Assembly: GCA_044892525.1 (NCBI GenBank)
Contig: CM097888.1
Coordinates: 38,130,001 to 38,194,000, forward strand
DNA from: Schmidtea polychroa
Taxonomy: Eukaryota
DNA: 64,000 bases
Direction: 5' to 3'
Below, one piece after another: positions 1 to 14,539 of this stretch. The notes below the pieces were generated by a model. That model was not told the DNA's origin. It was given only the letters and a program-made list of their open reading frames with translations, and did not search any database. The position numbers were made by a program, and so were the translations under genes. Numbering within the stretch: position 1 is the stretch's first letter; each line of letters starts with the position of its first letter.

Positions 1-1114
1 AAAAGAATTTACTTAAAAATTATTAGAAATTTTTATTAAAATAGGAGTTAAAAAGACTAAAATTTATCGATAAAAATTAACTTATTCGAATAAAAGTAAA
101 AAAGTGATTCTCATGTTTATGATATTGAAAATCATACAGCAAGATATTCATTTTCATAAATTGCTATGGTTGGAGGTATTACAGAACATTTAAAATTGTA
201 CTGACATTGATAAAAAATTAAATATTGAAATAATTATTTTTTATTAATTTCCTCTAGATACTTACATATAACACCAAAAAGTAACTGTAGAGTTTTGGAG
301 GGTTAATAAAAAATGGATTTCCTTTTATAAAATGGAAAAAAGTAAGAAATAGTATAAAATATTTTTTAAATCTTCAATTCAATACAAATATCAACACAGA
401 TTTAATGTTTAGTTTGTTCCATATTTAGAAATTACCATTTCAATGAATTTATGAAACCCAAAGTTTCAGTTACCCAAAAAAATAATATAAAAACATTTAC
501 GTAATTAAAATTTGGTGAACTTTATTCGTCAAAAAATATCCATTTTATAACAGTTCAATTTGTTCTTTGTCGTAACTTTGAGCTTGTCAGGCTAGTTTTT
601 TAAACATTTTTTGTTCCATCAAATTTAAAAGTAGATTGGTAAACCCGTCAAAATCAAATACCAGTGTGTTGGTATGTTATTTTATTTTATATAAATAAGT
701 CAGGAGCTATACACCAAAGAGCAATAAAAAAACTCTATATATTAACTTCGCCGATGTTTGTATGTTTTTATGTGTCAAGCAAATTTTGTGATCCGAATTA
801 ACCTACTTTGATTGGATTGTGCTGAAATTGGGCAAGTAGATTCGTTGTCGAGAACACTGCATGCTATCAAAATTTCATATCGATCCGATCACGGAAAGTG
901 GGTTAATTTTAAAAATATTGATGTCAAATCTAGTGTTATTTCCTTATTTCAATATAAATTCTTATCTATTCATTGACTTTTGATTAAAGAGATAACGTAA
1001 TTGTTATATGTATGTTCTCAATTATATATTCGTACGTTTATATAGCTTATGTTGTTATAAATGTGTATAAATATGTATATTATGTTTAAGTTTGTTTATG
1101 TGTATAATAAGGTT

Positions 1115-1550
1115 TGTAGAGCCCAGCCAAGTTTCCTGCAAAAATACTGTCTCGGGACAGCTGGGGTGAATGTATGTAATGTGGGCTACAATATAAATAA
1201 CAAACAAGTAACAATAACGGTTATTTAAAATTTCAATTTTATTCAAAAATAATAAAAGAATGTCACGAACTTTGTTGTTTAATGTAACAGCTCTTTGGAC
1301 TGTATTTGGTTTAATCTTGAAAAGTTTTCTTTAATCTTGAAAAGCTTTCATTAATCTTAAAAAGTTTTCTTTAATCTTGATAAGCTTTCTTTAATCTGGT
1401 TTTATATTGATTTTTATTTTTTTGTCGTTATTTTTAAATTTTCAATTCTTTATAGTAAATTATTACTATAGAGAATTGTTATATAGATCCTTTCTTGGAT
1501 CAAGGGGACCGTTATTCGAATTGGGTTAGTTAGTATAATTTGTAATTACA
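1115..1550 (-). mobile_element. Solo-LTR-like sequence containing a 20-bp tandem repeat
   Basis: Minus strand reads TGTAA...CTATAAA (TATA-like)...~4.5 x 20-bp repeat (TTAATCTTGAAAAGTTTTCT on +, 1311-1397)...AATAAA...TACA. No matching TSD found. Confidence 0.35.
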
Positions 1551-3058
1551 GTACAAAAATTATGTATAAAACATTAACATTACATTACAGTAATGATATC
1601 TAAAATATGTTATGGTAGTTTGAACCAATAATTGATATGGTTATCATTATCACATTATTCATGATCACATAATTTAGGGTTGCATTTGGTCACGCGAAAA
1701 AAGTGATTTTTCGTAATAATAAATATTTCATAGCATTGAGAACGCATATTGAAATTTTAGTTTTGAGTGAAATTTAGAGTTTCAAAAACCATGTTTTTAT
1801 GGTTGATCTTTATTATAGAGATTTTGTGAACCGTGTTTGTGTGCAGGTATTTATTTTTTTTCCAACAGTAAATTTTTCTATTCGCTTATAGTGTAAGTCA
1901 TTATTTAATGTCAACGGTTTAATTGAATGTCAATTTTGGCTATGAGACACACACATTTATTATAGGTAAGTTTCATTTATAATATTGAATCTTTAAATAA
2001 ATGTCACTTAGGCCATCTTCAATTGCGCTTTGGTGTGCAATATATAACTTGCCAATTTAACAAAGATCATACGACGTACGTAGCATGTCGTTCTAATGCA
2101 TGTGTTTAAAAGTCTTTTAAATTGTTTTGGAAAAAAGATTTCAGCACACGTTGACATCTATTCCTTACTAAAGATTCTAAAGTTTCTAATAATAATTTAT
2201 ATTTCAACCATTTTTCATATTTTTTTCCTATATTTGTTAGTTACAAAAGAATTTGACTTAATTTACTTTTCGCTTAAATTTAAATTTTAGTCATAAGAAA
2301 AATTCCAATAATAAAAGATATATTCAATAACAAATATTTTAAATCAATAATTTTCATATTAATATTTGTAAGGCTATAAATCAAAACAATTATATAGGGT
2401 ACACATCCTTTATCATGTGTGTATTTACACTGGCTAAAAATGCATACTTGATAAACGATGTGCCGAACTATAGTGTAACTTGTATATTGTTGTGATCTAC
2501 AGTTTTATAAATATTATTATGAAAATTATCAAAGGTGAAACAAAAAGAAAAATAAATATTTTAAAAAATTTTCTGGGACTTAATTTCAGAGCTGAGATTT
2601 ATAGAAATATTAAATATTCACACTATTTTAACATTAAAATATTTTAGAAATATTCAATTGCATAATTTAGCATATTTTACAAACATTGCAATTACATTTT
2701 AAATATTTTACAATTAAAGATTAATTTAACTTTTTTTAATTCATTCAAATATATTTTAAAATAACAATTTTAAATAAATTTCAAATCTTACAAAAATTAA
2801 TTTAATTTTAAATTAAGTTCATAGATTAAGAAAAAATAATTCTTCGTGATTTCTTCCGTGATATTTGTCAATTTCAACTTGTTCATTAATAAATTTCTTT
2901 GTACTATTTTGTTAGATCCGTGTGAAGTCATAATAATTATTAAAAATATACAGTTGTTTAAAATTGCATTGGTAATTATTTGTAATCAGTTTCTAAATCA
3001 AAATCTATTTGAAACACTGTATCAATTACAAATATGAAAAATATGACAATAATCTTAC

Positions 3059-3396
3059 TAAAGTTAAACTTTTGAATATTAGATAATATAGGCTTTTTAG
3101 CAGACGAGAAATTGGTTAGGCCGAAAAATGAATACATCACATTTTCATAAACATGTATTGAATGACCGAAGGCTGGCTTTGAATTATTTTCCTTCAAACG
3201 AGTCCAGATATATAATGAAAGATCAAACACCCAAATAATGTCACTGATCGATTCCTTAGAGTTGGAACCGCACTCGATTCCTCCAAATAATATCAATTCA
3301 TGTTTTAATATATTGTAATCCATGGAATGTGCGAATAGGCAAGGGGGCTCAATTTCAGATTTCACAGGTACTCGGCTCCATTTGCCATTTCTATAT
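3059..3396 (-). CDS. Kelch-repeat protein, internal exon (two Kelch blades)
   Basis: PPCLFAHSMDY...LILFGGI...DIIWVFDL...W and PAFGHSIHVYENVMYSFFG motifs; bounded by AG acceptor (3397-3398) and GTAAG donor (GT at 3057-3058). Confidence 0.75.
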
Positions 3397-3711
3397 CTAA
3401 AAAACATTTAAAAAGTACCTTTCGAATATTTCATGTCGGCATATTTATATAAAAAAATATTTCTATATATTATTATTATTATTATTATTATTATTTTATC
3501 TTATTTCATTTTATTTTGTTTTTTAACGGTTAAACAAGTACATAATAAGATAATCCTTTCGCTACAATGTCAATAATAATCGATTTCCCCACTTAGTGCA
3601 TAGCAAAGGTTATTTTATCATTCGGTTGTTTAACATTCAATTTAAGCTGCTACCAAAAAACTATCATTTTATATTATTTTACTATTATTTATTATAATTA
3701 TAATAATTATT

Positions 3712-3842
3712 NNNNNNNNNNNNNNNNNNNNNNNNNNNNNNNNNNNNNNNNNNNNNNNNNNNNNNNNNNNNNNNNNNNNNNNNNNNNNNNNNNNNNNNNN
3801 NNNNNNNNNNNNNNNNNNNNNNNNNNNNNNNNNNNNNNNNNN
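3712..3842. other. Assembly gap (N run)
   Basis: Run of n characters. Confidence 1.
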
Positions 3843-5534
3843 GCTTTTTTATTAATATTATTAATTAATCAATGTCATTATTAACATGTATTCTTTTGAG
3901 AAAGATGCAGAAGAGATCAATAGTTAACATTTAATGTACTCATTTTATTAAGATTTCAAACTATCAAATTATGTATAAATTGAAAGTAATTATAAATATT
4001 TTGTAACTTTTATCGTGAAATTCGATACACTTCGCTTTTCTAAAACAACCGTTTTCTATTTTTTCTTAAATTTGTTATAAAAAAATAACAATAAAAATTT
4101 TCCTTGTGTAAAAAAAGATGTTTGATCTGCAAACAAAATATTCCGAAACTTTTTCATTTTCTAAAACATGATATACCAGTCATACAATGTCCCTACTAAA
4201 AATACGAGTGGGTCTCTTGGGAAATAATAATGTATATCAACAAACCTATTAAACTTTATTTTTTTACGCATGTAATTACAATAAATAAATAAATAACATA
4301 AATTTTTAGTTAATGTGATGTTTGACTGAGACAAATTCAGAAATTTTTGTCCCGATTTTGCTAACTTGCATTCATAAATCAAACTCCACTTTAGTAAATT
4401 TCTATATTTTGACTTCGTGTATAAAAAAAGTGCCTACAAAATTCTATTAAATATAAGTAACATTAAATATAAATGTTTTTAATTTTATATATACAGTGAT
4501 CAAACATTAATCAAATTATTTTTACTGAACAATAATCTTAAAGAACTATTACAGGAAATCTCTACGAAGCTCTTTTCTGTGTTACTGGTTAAGCATTTAT
4601 TACTATAATATCTTCATTAAAAGAATCTTTAGTTCATTTATGATTCAAATCAGATTATGGAAAATATTTCCTGAAATTACTTTTCAGAATGCTTAGGATA
4701 TTGAATTTTAGAATCTATTATTTTCAAAGAAGTATCTGACTTGAATGTTATTGTAGAAGTAGGAACCTATTATAGCTATTAATTTCTGTGGACCACAGAT
4801 TGGGAACCGTTGCTATATAGTATAACCGCCTGTGTAAGGGTTTCTTGAAATTGCAAATTCTCAATTAACTGCAACATAGAATAAAATACTAAATATAACC
4901 TCTATCTATTAAAAACTAAAAATACTTTTTGTTGTTCGATTCAAGAATTATTTGGTAGTTTGGTAGCGACAGTAATTACAAATCATATATAATGTTTATT
5001 GAGGCTTAGCTAGTGAGCAAAAATCATTCGAACTTTCATAAAGATTCCAGTCAATTATTATGGTCTTCCATTATTTGTATTTTATTTATAATATACTGTC
5101 CGGATATAAGCCATATTTTATTATAATTTGTGTAATTATAGGGTTTGAACATCAAGTATGAAAGTGGATCATTCTGGAGTAGAACTCATTTAAAAAAATC
5201 ATTCAAATAAACCTATGCAGATTATAATGATTAATGTTATGTAATAATTTATAAATTAAACGTTGGTAAATTAAAATTGTCATTTTGGCAAAGATTCAAT
5301 TGATAAACTTAGCATTTAATTTTTTCATTTTTTAATTGAAATCCAAAGAAATCCAGTTAAATGAATGATAAAAATTGATAAAATCAAAATAAATGATTGG
5401 GCTTTTTTAATATTTTTTTTTAATTCCTTATCTATTAGATTTTTTAAACAATTGTATTTTAAAAACAATTTTATATCGAAAGTTGGAAAAAATTATTTAA
5501 TTAATAAATCATATGCAATATTTTTTATAAATAC

Positions 5535-5670
5535 CTTATAAATACCCGATTATGGATATTGGTTGAGGATAATCCTCCGTGGACATAAATGGAGGAATCT
5601 GTGGTCACTGAGGCGTGCATGAATCGAGAACAAAATATACAATCGTGTGTCCAATGATCGCAATTGTTAT
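5535..5670 (-). CDS. Kelch-repeat protein, upstream exon (probably the same gene as 3059-3396)
   Basis: Manual translation NNCDHWTHDCIFCSRFMHASVTTDSSIYVHGGLSSTNIHNRVFI (Kelch R.xH...IYVxGG signature); TTTAG acceptor and GTATTT donor. Confidence 0.6.
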
Positions 5671-6739
5671 CTAAAGTTTAAAATAAATTATATTTTTAAT
5701 ATTAACAATTTCAAATTTTTTTTTAATTAGAGATATAATAAGAATTTCAAGGTGACTACAATGAATATTTTCCTAAGAAAAGGATAAATATAAGTATATT
5801 TCAGAGTGGATAATTGGATACGACACTTGAATTGTTGTCCAGCAAATAATTGCGACTGATATTAATTTAAATTTTCTAAATTCAATTTAATTCAAAAACA
5901 TATTTAAACTATTTTGGCTCCTGATATCAAACTTAAATAATGTTTGCATTAAATAAGAAAGGTAATTAATAATTAGGTCGTTTATAATTTACCTTAAGTT
6001 CATAATTCCATACAATTCTGATAAATATCAAATGCATGATTTGAAATTAGTAATTACAAACTAGAGACACTTTAGAAAAGGGTGCCCATTTGTTTTTTGC
6101 ATAACCCACATCGTTTTTGAAAATTAATTTTGCAGTCAAAGCAAAAGTCAGTTTTTTAAATAGATGAAACTATTTTAGGATAAATAACATGACATTACCC
6201 AAAACAAAAATAAATGAGGTAATTACTATGAAAATATTTTAAATTTTTATTAGAATATTATGCATAATTATGAAAAATATAAACTTTACGTATTTCATAA
6301 ACTTGCGTTAAAAATAAAAATTTAGTAATTTTATATTGTTTAGCAATGAAAACTTTGTTCAAAAAATTGAAGATTTGCCGGTAAAAATTTGGCATTTAAA
6401 AAAACACTTATATTTTCCCACTTTATTTCATTACCTACTTGATAACACATGTCACCATTGAGACATAAAAATAACTTTCTTTTTAAATCAATTTTTTCAT
6501 TCATGATACAATATTTTGTTATTATTTACATATTGGTGATCCGTTATTGCCATGATTTTGTAGCATGAACTGTAATGCTGGTGTTGCGGTTAGTAAATTT
6601 GAGTTCTTACGAAACAATACTTCTACTGTCAACTTCACGGGCTCCAGTGACGAAATAGTATCGAGGATGCCCTTAAGCTTTTAATAAATAAGCTTTTTAA
6701 TAAATATTGCAGTATCCAAAGAATATAACCCCAACGCTA

Positions 6740-7745
6740 CATTGTGAGATGCACAGGGAAAAATATGATAAGCATACAGAAGCAATTAGAGATGAAACAA
6801 TTAAGTCACTTTAGTCACAGCTAGATAAACTACAATTACTTTTAGTTAAGATGAGTAACGACAGTGTTTCAGGTATGAAAGACAGTTATGCTTTGTTTAA
6901 AATGATAACAAGGCGATTTTATTAAAAAGTACTTGATTACGGCTTCAGAATTTTTATATCCTGATAAAGTGAAGTACTTCAAAGAGATAGCATTAACAAT
7001 AAATACGGTTGTATATAATCGATGACATAGCACAAAATCTGAGAGAGCAGTTGAAAAGGAAGTTCTTTACTTTTGAGTATTTCTTGTTAGCCATGCTGTT
7101 TTTATACGTGGTTGTGATAAGAATTTGCAGATTTATGAAGAGTTTTTAGACCTGATACCAATGCATAGTACCACAGCAGGAGATGATATGAATGAAAAAA
7201 TAGAGAAAGCTTTGATGCAATACAATCTTTCTTTTGGTAACCTAATATGTTTTGCGACAGATGGAACTGCAAGTATGACACGACAAACAAGAAGTGTTGC
7301 AGTCAGGTTACTTTCTAAGCTACGGGAAACCGATCAAGAAGCCAGATTGACACACTTCCATTACATCATACATCAGCAATATCTTTGCCCCAAAGTTCTT
7401 GAACTCGGATATGTTCTTAAATTGCTAGCCAATTGTGTGAACATTATTAGAACTCGTGGATTGAATCATCGGCATTTTTCATCGCTTTTAGAAGAATTAG
7501 GTAATAAATTTTAAATCATTCCGTACTACGCTGAAGTGCGCTGGCTGTCCTACCGCAAAGTATGTAAAAGATTTTACCTTTTGTGTGAAGAGATCAATGA
7601 ATTCATGGAAATGAAAGGTCAAGATATCAGTGATATAAAGAAAATCCAGTAGAAACAAGATCTAACTTTTACAGTAGATATAACTATGCACTTGAAAAAC
7701 TTAAACCTCAAATTACAAGGTAGAAATCAAGTCGTTATGGTCCTG
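6740..7745 (+). pseudogene. hAT transposase relic, SPIN/GTF2IRD2-like
   Basis: HREKYDK N-terminal motif (~6750); EEFLDLIPM...ATDGTASM...HYIIHQQYLC...RGLNHRHFSSLLEE; continues past stops as YYAEVRWLS...DLTFTVDITMHLKNLNLKLQGRNQ. Several stops and an internal deletion. Confidence 0.85.
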
Positions 7746-8976
7746 TTCAGGTTTTTTAAATGTTTCCTTGAGACTTCAAAAACCTTAACAATTTCAAATA
7801 TTTTTCAAAAAGTTTCGCGATACTTTTAAAATTGAAATAAAATTTTGGAATGATTGGTTTGACGACTGAACTACTTTTACAACGTTTTCAATAGAAATGT
7901 ACGTATTGGTAAAAAAACAATTTATTAAAGTTAAAATTTTACCCTAAAATGAAATAATGAAGTCATAGAGAAATTCCAAAACTATGAAATAATAAACAAT
8001 GCCAACAAAATCTTCTGTTAAACAAATATTGAAATTATAAAAATGATTAATTTCATTTTAGTAATTCAAATTGATGTAAAAACTGTTAAATTACCCATTG
8101 ACATTATAAAACAGATTTTACGGTAAATTAATGGCATTTAACGAGTTTCTCCATTCATCAATCACAAATTACCATTGGTAATGCAATTATATCGCGCTAA
8201 AAAAAATACACTACTTAACAATAAAATCGTATGTAGATATATCCGAAAAAATAATATTTTTAAATAAACGATCAAATAAAGTACATTTAGTGAAATGGCA
8301 GGCATTAAATCCCAATAACATTTAAATACTGCGGGTGAAGTGAATATATGATGTCACTCAATTTAACTAATTTTTGACCAATCAAATTCGAGATATTATC
8401 TAAAAAAATTGTATTTCTACGAAATAAGTAGCCTTTTATAAAACACGCAAAATCAAGTCAGATAATTAATTATTCCTTACCGGTTTAACAGGTGTTATGA
8501 AGTATTGTCCGCAAAATATCAGACATAGCAGTTAATGGACAATTATGCAATGCAGTTAATTTATTAATAAATCACATTTTATTAAAAAAACGTAAACAAT
8601 TATAAATTGAAGTATGAAAAATACATGAATAGATGAAAATAATAAAGGTAAAATATTTTGAAAATTATGTTCAGGCATGCTCTTGAACTCGTGTACCGAG
8701 ATGACAAGAAGTCTCTACAATTTATGTTGCATTACAAGTAAAACAATTACAAGTAAAACACCATTTCCAAATTGAATCTGTTATAAGCAAACAATTTTAA
8801 CATAATAATCAAATGACATTTTTGTAGTTCCGTGGATTTTTTAAGCTGTATGGTCAGTGCATAAAATAAAAGCCGATTTTTGGATACTTAGAACATCATT
8901 TACTTAATATTGTGTAACTAATCAATATGTACAACATTTTAAATTTTACACTAACTTTTGATTTTAATTGACAACA

Positions 8977-9620
8977 TGAAATTTTTATTTGAATGTTAAT
9001 GGAAAATCGACTTTTATGTATTGCAAATGATTGTATAATCCTTTTAAAACCTTTACATTAATTTAGATATTAAATTTATTTGAAATAAATAGTAAAAAAT
9101 GATGGCAAATCTCTAATAAATAATGAAAAACTCGAGGAAAATCATCAAGAAATTCACTGTCAAATACTATAATCGGAAACCAATAATTATGTAAATGAAT
9201 TAATAAAATCGCTGTTGATCGAATATTAATTGTAATTGATTGTGATTTAATTTTTTTTTAATAAATTTTTAATTTTCCGTCTTTAAACGTTAGAGTACTA
9301 TAATGTTTAAAATCGTTTGGAAATCTTTAACAGTGTAAAATATTTAAGAATGAATTTTCACCTACCACATGACATTTTTATTTCAATGTTAATGGAAAAT
9401 TGGCTTTCCTGTATTATAATAATTTTACAGCTATAATTTAATGAATTTATGAAATAATCTCAATAAATTCGTTACTGATTGAATATTAATTGTAATTGAT
9501 TGTAATTTAATCCTTTCTCAATAAATAATTTTTTAATCGTGTATGTTGAAGACGTTAGAGAATTCTTATATTTAAAATCGTTTGGGAACCTTAAAATTAT
9601 TAAATGTTTAGGAAAAAATT
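8977..9620. repeat. Degenerate direct duplication (two related copies)
   Basis: Shared blocks AATGTTAATGGAAAAT, GAATATTAATTGTAATTGATTGT, ACGTTAGAG and TTTAAAATCGTTTGG each occur twice in the same order. Confidence 0.6.
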
Positions 9621-11750
9621 TCAAACTTCAAAAAGATTTAATTTCTCATTCAGTTTAACAAGTTATTGGCGAAATGCTATATGGAATGTTAAGACTTCGA
9701 ATTATCTCAGTTATTTAATATAGTCAATTGAAGAGTTTGAATAAGATTATTTGTTAGTCCTGAATGTGAGGAATTTTAATGAAATGAATTCAAGTTAAAT
9801 GAATTAAATGTAGTGTCAAATTTTTAGTCAAAAATAAAAAAGATAAGGTTGTATAAAAAGTTTATTTTTATATTATTTGTGAAGTTTATTTGTAAATAGG
9901 AATATTAGTTGTTGCTTTATCTTAGAGAGAATTGTATACCAGGAAAAATCAGTTGTTATAGTAATGAAAATGATGTTACATTAGTGTCCCACTTCAAGGT
10001 AAAAATATTTTCTCTTCAATTAAAGGGCACACCCCCTAAAGTTTCTTTATAACCAAATACTATCTGCAAAATTTCCGAGAAATAAAAACATTTATAAGGA
10101 TCCATCATATTAAAAAAAATTAGTACCATTATCGCAATTCGGTTCTATTTTAGTAAAACTTGTTCTGGGTTCTTGCATCCTATCAGTCAAATATCTATTT
10201 ACTATTAATAATATTATGGTTATTAATATCATTGGTTATAGGCATTTTAAAAATTAATTTTGTTCATAAACTGAATGCAATTTATTGGAAAAGGTCTTTG
10301 TCGTCACATGACGAAATCAGTGATATTCAATTACATTCGAAATTATGGCGGCTAAATCTACGGTGATGAAATCCATCCTCACCACTGTGGAAATATCGTC
10401 TGGTTAATATGACATCCGTGCAAAATAATAATGTGCACTCTTTCTTTTGAACGTTGCAATATTATAAATGAAACTTACCTATGCATATCTTTGCTTTCTT
10501 TCACCGGATAAGAAAAGTGATTGTAACTGAGAGTGAGATTTTAGTGTGTGATCTATGTGAAATACTACCCTTTTGGATGAAGTCACGATTACCGGTTCGT
10601 CACAAGATACATATCACAAAAATAGTCAAAGATCTGTACATGCTGGGTTGATGAAGAATCGTTCTATTAATAACGAGGGAGAGTGTACTAATCAAGCTTG
10701 CTACACCATTTAGTGAAATAAAAAACTTAATTTAATGTTCAATTAATTTAAATCATCTTAACTTTTTTCCTTATATAAGCTGCGGTTATTTATATATCCG
10801 GAACTGGCATCATTGGCGTTATTGTGCGTCATCTGTCATATCCAATGTAAAGTTTGACAATTTTAACGGTAATGTGCTCAGAAAGTTTTGTCAGTTTATT
10901 TGTTGTTTACAGTGACTTGAAAATTTCATCCTAATTTCAAAATAGAATTAACTCGTGAAATTTTCGTGCTATGATTTAGTATGACTTTCGACGTATATTA
11001 TTTCAGCTAAAGTGCAACCATCAATTCACTTCGACTTTTGCCGATGAAGCACCATCTAAATCTACCTGTTTTATTTGTTATTACTTTATTAATTTTATAT
11101 ATCATTTTTATTTTTATTAAAAAATGTAATATTATTTATTATAAATATTATTATATATTAATTTAATACTTTTTATTACTAATTTAGTTAATCATTATCA
11201 TTTTATCTTTTTATTTAATTTTGTTTAATTAACAATTATTTTTCCTATTTTTCCTTTTATTAAGGCATTTAATATTATTTATTATAATTATTATTTTTTA
11301 TTAATTTATTACTAATTTAATTAATTATTTTTCATAATTATTAATTAATTTATTAACCATTACATTTTTTCATTTTCTTAAGACATTAATTATTATTTAT
11401 TATAATTATTATTATTTATTAATTTATTACTAATTTAATTAACTATTATTTAATATTTTTTTAATAAGAAATTTAATATTATTTATTATAAATATTATTA
11501 TTTATTAATTTATTATTATTGTTTATATATTAATTCAATATATTAGTTAATGATTTGCTTATTTAAATTATTAAACAGACATGGCAATGATTTAATTATA
11601 ATAAATTGACAATTCTTTTTATGAAATCTTTCGAAATTTTTTTTGACATTACCATGTAGCATGGAAAAACTATAGAAATTACAGATTTTATTATTTATTT
11701 CTTTTTAATAAAAATGTTTTTAAATTATAATAAATCATTTTTTAATTTGT

Positions 11751-11756
<6 letters not shown>

Positions 11757-11826
<70 letters not shown>
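11757..11826. repeat. (TA)n microsatellite
   Basis: Pure TA run. Confidence 0.98.
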
Positions 11827-11827
<1 letters not shown>

Positions 11828-13635
11828 CGTTAAAAGATAAAATTAAAAGTTATAATTACTCTAAAAATAAATAGATCCAATTAAAAAAAATTAACACAAC
11901 TAACTAAAATTATTTGATTCAAAAATAAAATTCTCAGCTTCATTAAGTGAAACATCGCAAATTTCCATATCTCCTTCCGACATCTGTTGTTTCACTTCTG
12001 TGAGATTTGATACACTAGTGTACAAAATGACAAATAAAAAGTGGAAAGTATTTAATAAAATATCACCTATAAGAAAAATTAAACTTGTCTTGGAACTTAG
12101 TATAGTAATAATGATAATAGTGAACAAAATAAAATCCATGTTCATCTGTGCGACTATAAAACACATCTGGACATAATGAATAATTTCTTTTTAAAAAAAT
12201 TAAAATGAAAAGAAATATGCTTGAAATTTTACTTGAATGTAGCATCTTGCAAAATAGGATAAGTTAAAGATGAAAATACAACAGAATGGTAATAATACAA
12301 AGATAAGGTTTTACATGATATCTTTATGGAGCAATAATTACAAGATGTGTTTAAAATCCATAAATAATCATACCCATTCAATATTTGTGGGCTAATAAAT
12401 CCAAATCGATTAAGTAATCTAAAGTTATGAAATAAAAAATATTATTTTTTTAAAGATTTATGGATTAAAGATGATATTTACAAAGTGAAAAGTAATTATT
12501 TAAAAAATACTCTTTTTTTCTTGACAATTCTTGCATAAAAGTACACATTAGACTGAAATTAAAGAAAATCAAATAAATGATATTCATTACATTTTAAATA
12601 AAATTTGAATTCTGACACTCAAATAAAACAGACGATTATATATCTAAAACAAATTCATTTTCAGATATCAAATTATTAAATAATTTTCATGTTAAACAAT
12701 ATAAATCTTTACTACAATATTTTCAGGATGATACATATGTTGTTGCAAAGGCTTATCTTCTCATTTACTTTTATAACATTTAATTCATAATGATAATAAG
12801 AAATTATTACTTTCTAAATAGTTTTCAATTAATTAATATATTGCCAAAATTTCCTTGTAAATATCCTTGATCAAATAATAAAAATATTGAGTTACAAAGT
12901 ATTATGAGTATTTAAATTTTCTAGGCTTAGGTTGCTTTGTAATCTCAGGTCGGGTGGACTCAGTTTCTTTGAGCCATGAATTTTAAACGAAAAAGAAAAA
13001 GTGAATAAACATATTATTTATTTTTCATATTTGGAACGAATAACTTAGCCAAATATGTGCATTGAACTGTCATTTGTTTTTTCTTACTCCAAAGCACATA
13101 AATGCAACACTTTATGTTAAGCTTAGTTATTGCCATTTATATACTCGTACATGAAAACAAGTATATCCATATTTTGCATTCCTAACTTATTTCTAAGATC
13201 ACATTATTATAGTGTAAAATAATTTGGAATTTTATTGGTATAAAAGATGTGTTACGAACTAATCAAAAATTAAGTAAAAACTAATTAATTAAATTACCGG
13301 CTGAAAAATCAATATATTTTACACGGTAAAATTGAAAGGGTTGTAAATATTTTAGGAATGTTGTAAATGTAAATATACAAACGAATTAATCAGTAAATTA
13401 ATAATTATTGAAAATAAGCTGCAGCTGTTCACTAACTTTTTCGTGGCAACTGAAGTTTAAAAACATACGCAACCTCAATCAAAAAAATGTCCAACTAAAG
13501 CAAACTCATTGTGAGTAATGCTTTTACTGCTTGAGTAAAATCAGAAAAACATCTTTGATCGTATTATAAATAAAATCGTATTTATTTATTTAAATAATTA
13601 TTAACCGTTAACTAATTATTAAATAAATATTAATA

Positions 13636-14517
13636 CACCAAACACCACTGAGATGCATTTCCTATAATATAACAAAAAAATCAATAATCTTACATTATAG
13701 AAACATACATACTTACTTTGATTTCACGTTGATGTTCTCATTTATAGCTCAATGAGATACATCTTATATTATAGAAATCTGAAAAGTGGAAGGAAAATTA
13801 AAATATGCACACAAGCACAAACCATAATAAAAAACACATACAAACTTTTGATTCGTAAAATTGTAACGATGAGATACGTTTCTATAATAATTCTATTTTA
13901 GACAATTTTTAGAAAAAAAAGATCGTTGAAAGTTTTTTAAATTATATTTTTAATGAAAATATCAAGAGCAGATGAATTTGGTTCAAAATCTTTTTACTCC
14001 AGATTTGATTTCCTTTAAGAATCCCCTCATATTGAGCTCAGAAAAAAAATTATTCTAATCAGCGATTTTTCCCAAAATGTTTTAAAAAAATACATTGATT
14101 GATTTATTTATTTAATTAATTATAATTAAAAATATATCGGACTCACATTTTTTTGAAATAATTCCAAAATACTTTAATAAAAGACATAAAATTCCTAAAA
14201 AAATGCCTGAAAATTAATTAAAAATAATTTATAATTATATTGTTGATTAAAAGTAATATTTAAGAACTTGAATAATGATCTCATATCCAAATGGATCAAA
14301 ATTCAAGTCTTAAAATTTATTTTAAATTTAATATCTTACCTGAAAACCATTTCTAAAATGGCTAAAATAAATTTCATGATGTAAAACATACGTAAAACAA
14401 ATTACTGACAACTTTGCTAAACAACAATTTATCATCAACATCAGTAAATTGGTGAGTGAGCAATCGCTCTACACGCAAACCACCACTATAGAGAACGTAT
14501 CTCAGTGGGTTTTGGTG
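13636..14517. mobile_element. Non-autonomous TA-target MITE (Tc1/mariner superfamily-like)
   Basis: Imperfect TIRs CACCAAACACCACTGAGAT / ATCTCAGTGGGTTTTGGTG, each flanked by TA. Confidence 0.6.
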
Positions 14518-14539
14518 TACGATATTAATATAGCTTTTT

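Noticed and set aside
1311-1397. Short regularly spaced repeats resembling a CRISPR array (also 45371-45460)
   Set aside because: They are head-to-tail tandem repeats without unique spacers, in a eukaryotic context with no cas genes.
1800-2500. Cys-rich snippets (FCEPCLCA, CIFSQCKYTHDKGC) suggesting EGF/PSI exons of an attractin-like gene
   Set aside because: They lie on opposite strands, contain stops, and could not be joined into a consistent spliced model.
3541-3650. Kelch-like frame W*QLKLNVKQP...MH*VGKSIII reads well if TAA/TAG encode Gln (stop-codon reassignment)
   Set aside because: The long Gln-rich CREB exons and the 3059-3396 exon contain no in-frame TAA/TAG, so the standard code applies. 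These are more likely CAA/CAG-to-stop mutations or non-coding sequence.
11080-11560. Repeated ATTATTTATTATAA-type blocks
   Set aside because: Low-complexity AT-rich slippage with no defined unit or boundary.
10290-12260. Possible further exons of the minus-strand Kelch gene
   Set aside because: Splice-like signals exist, but no stop-free frame with a recognisable motif could be supported.
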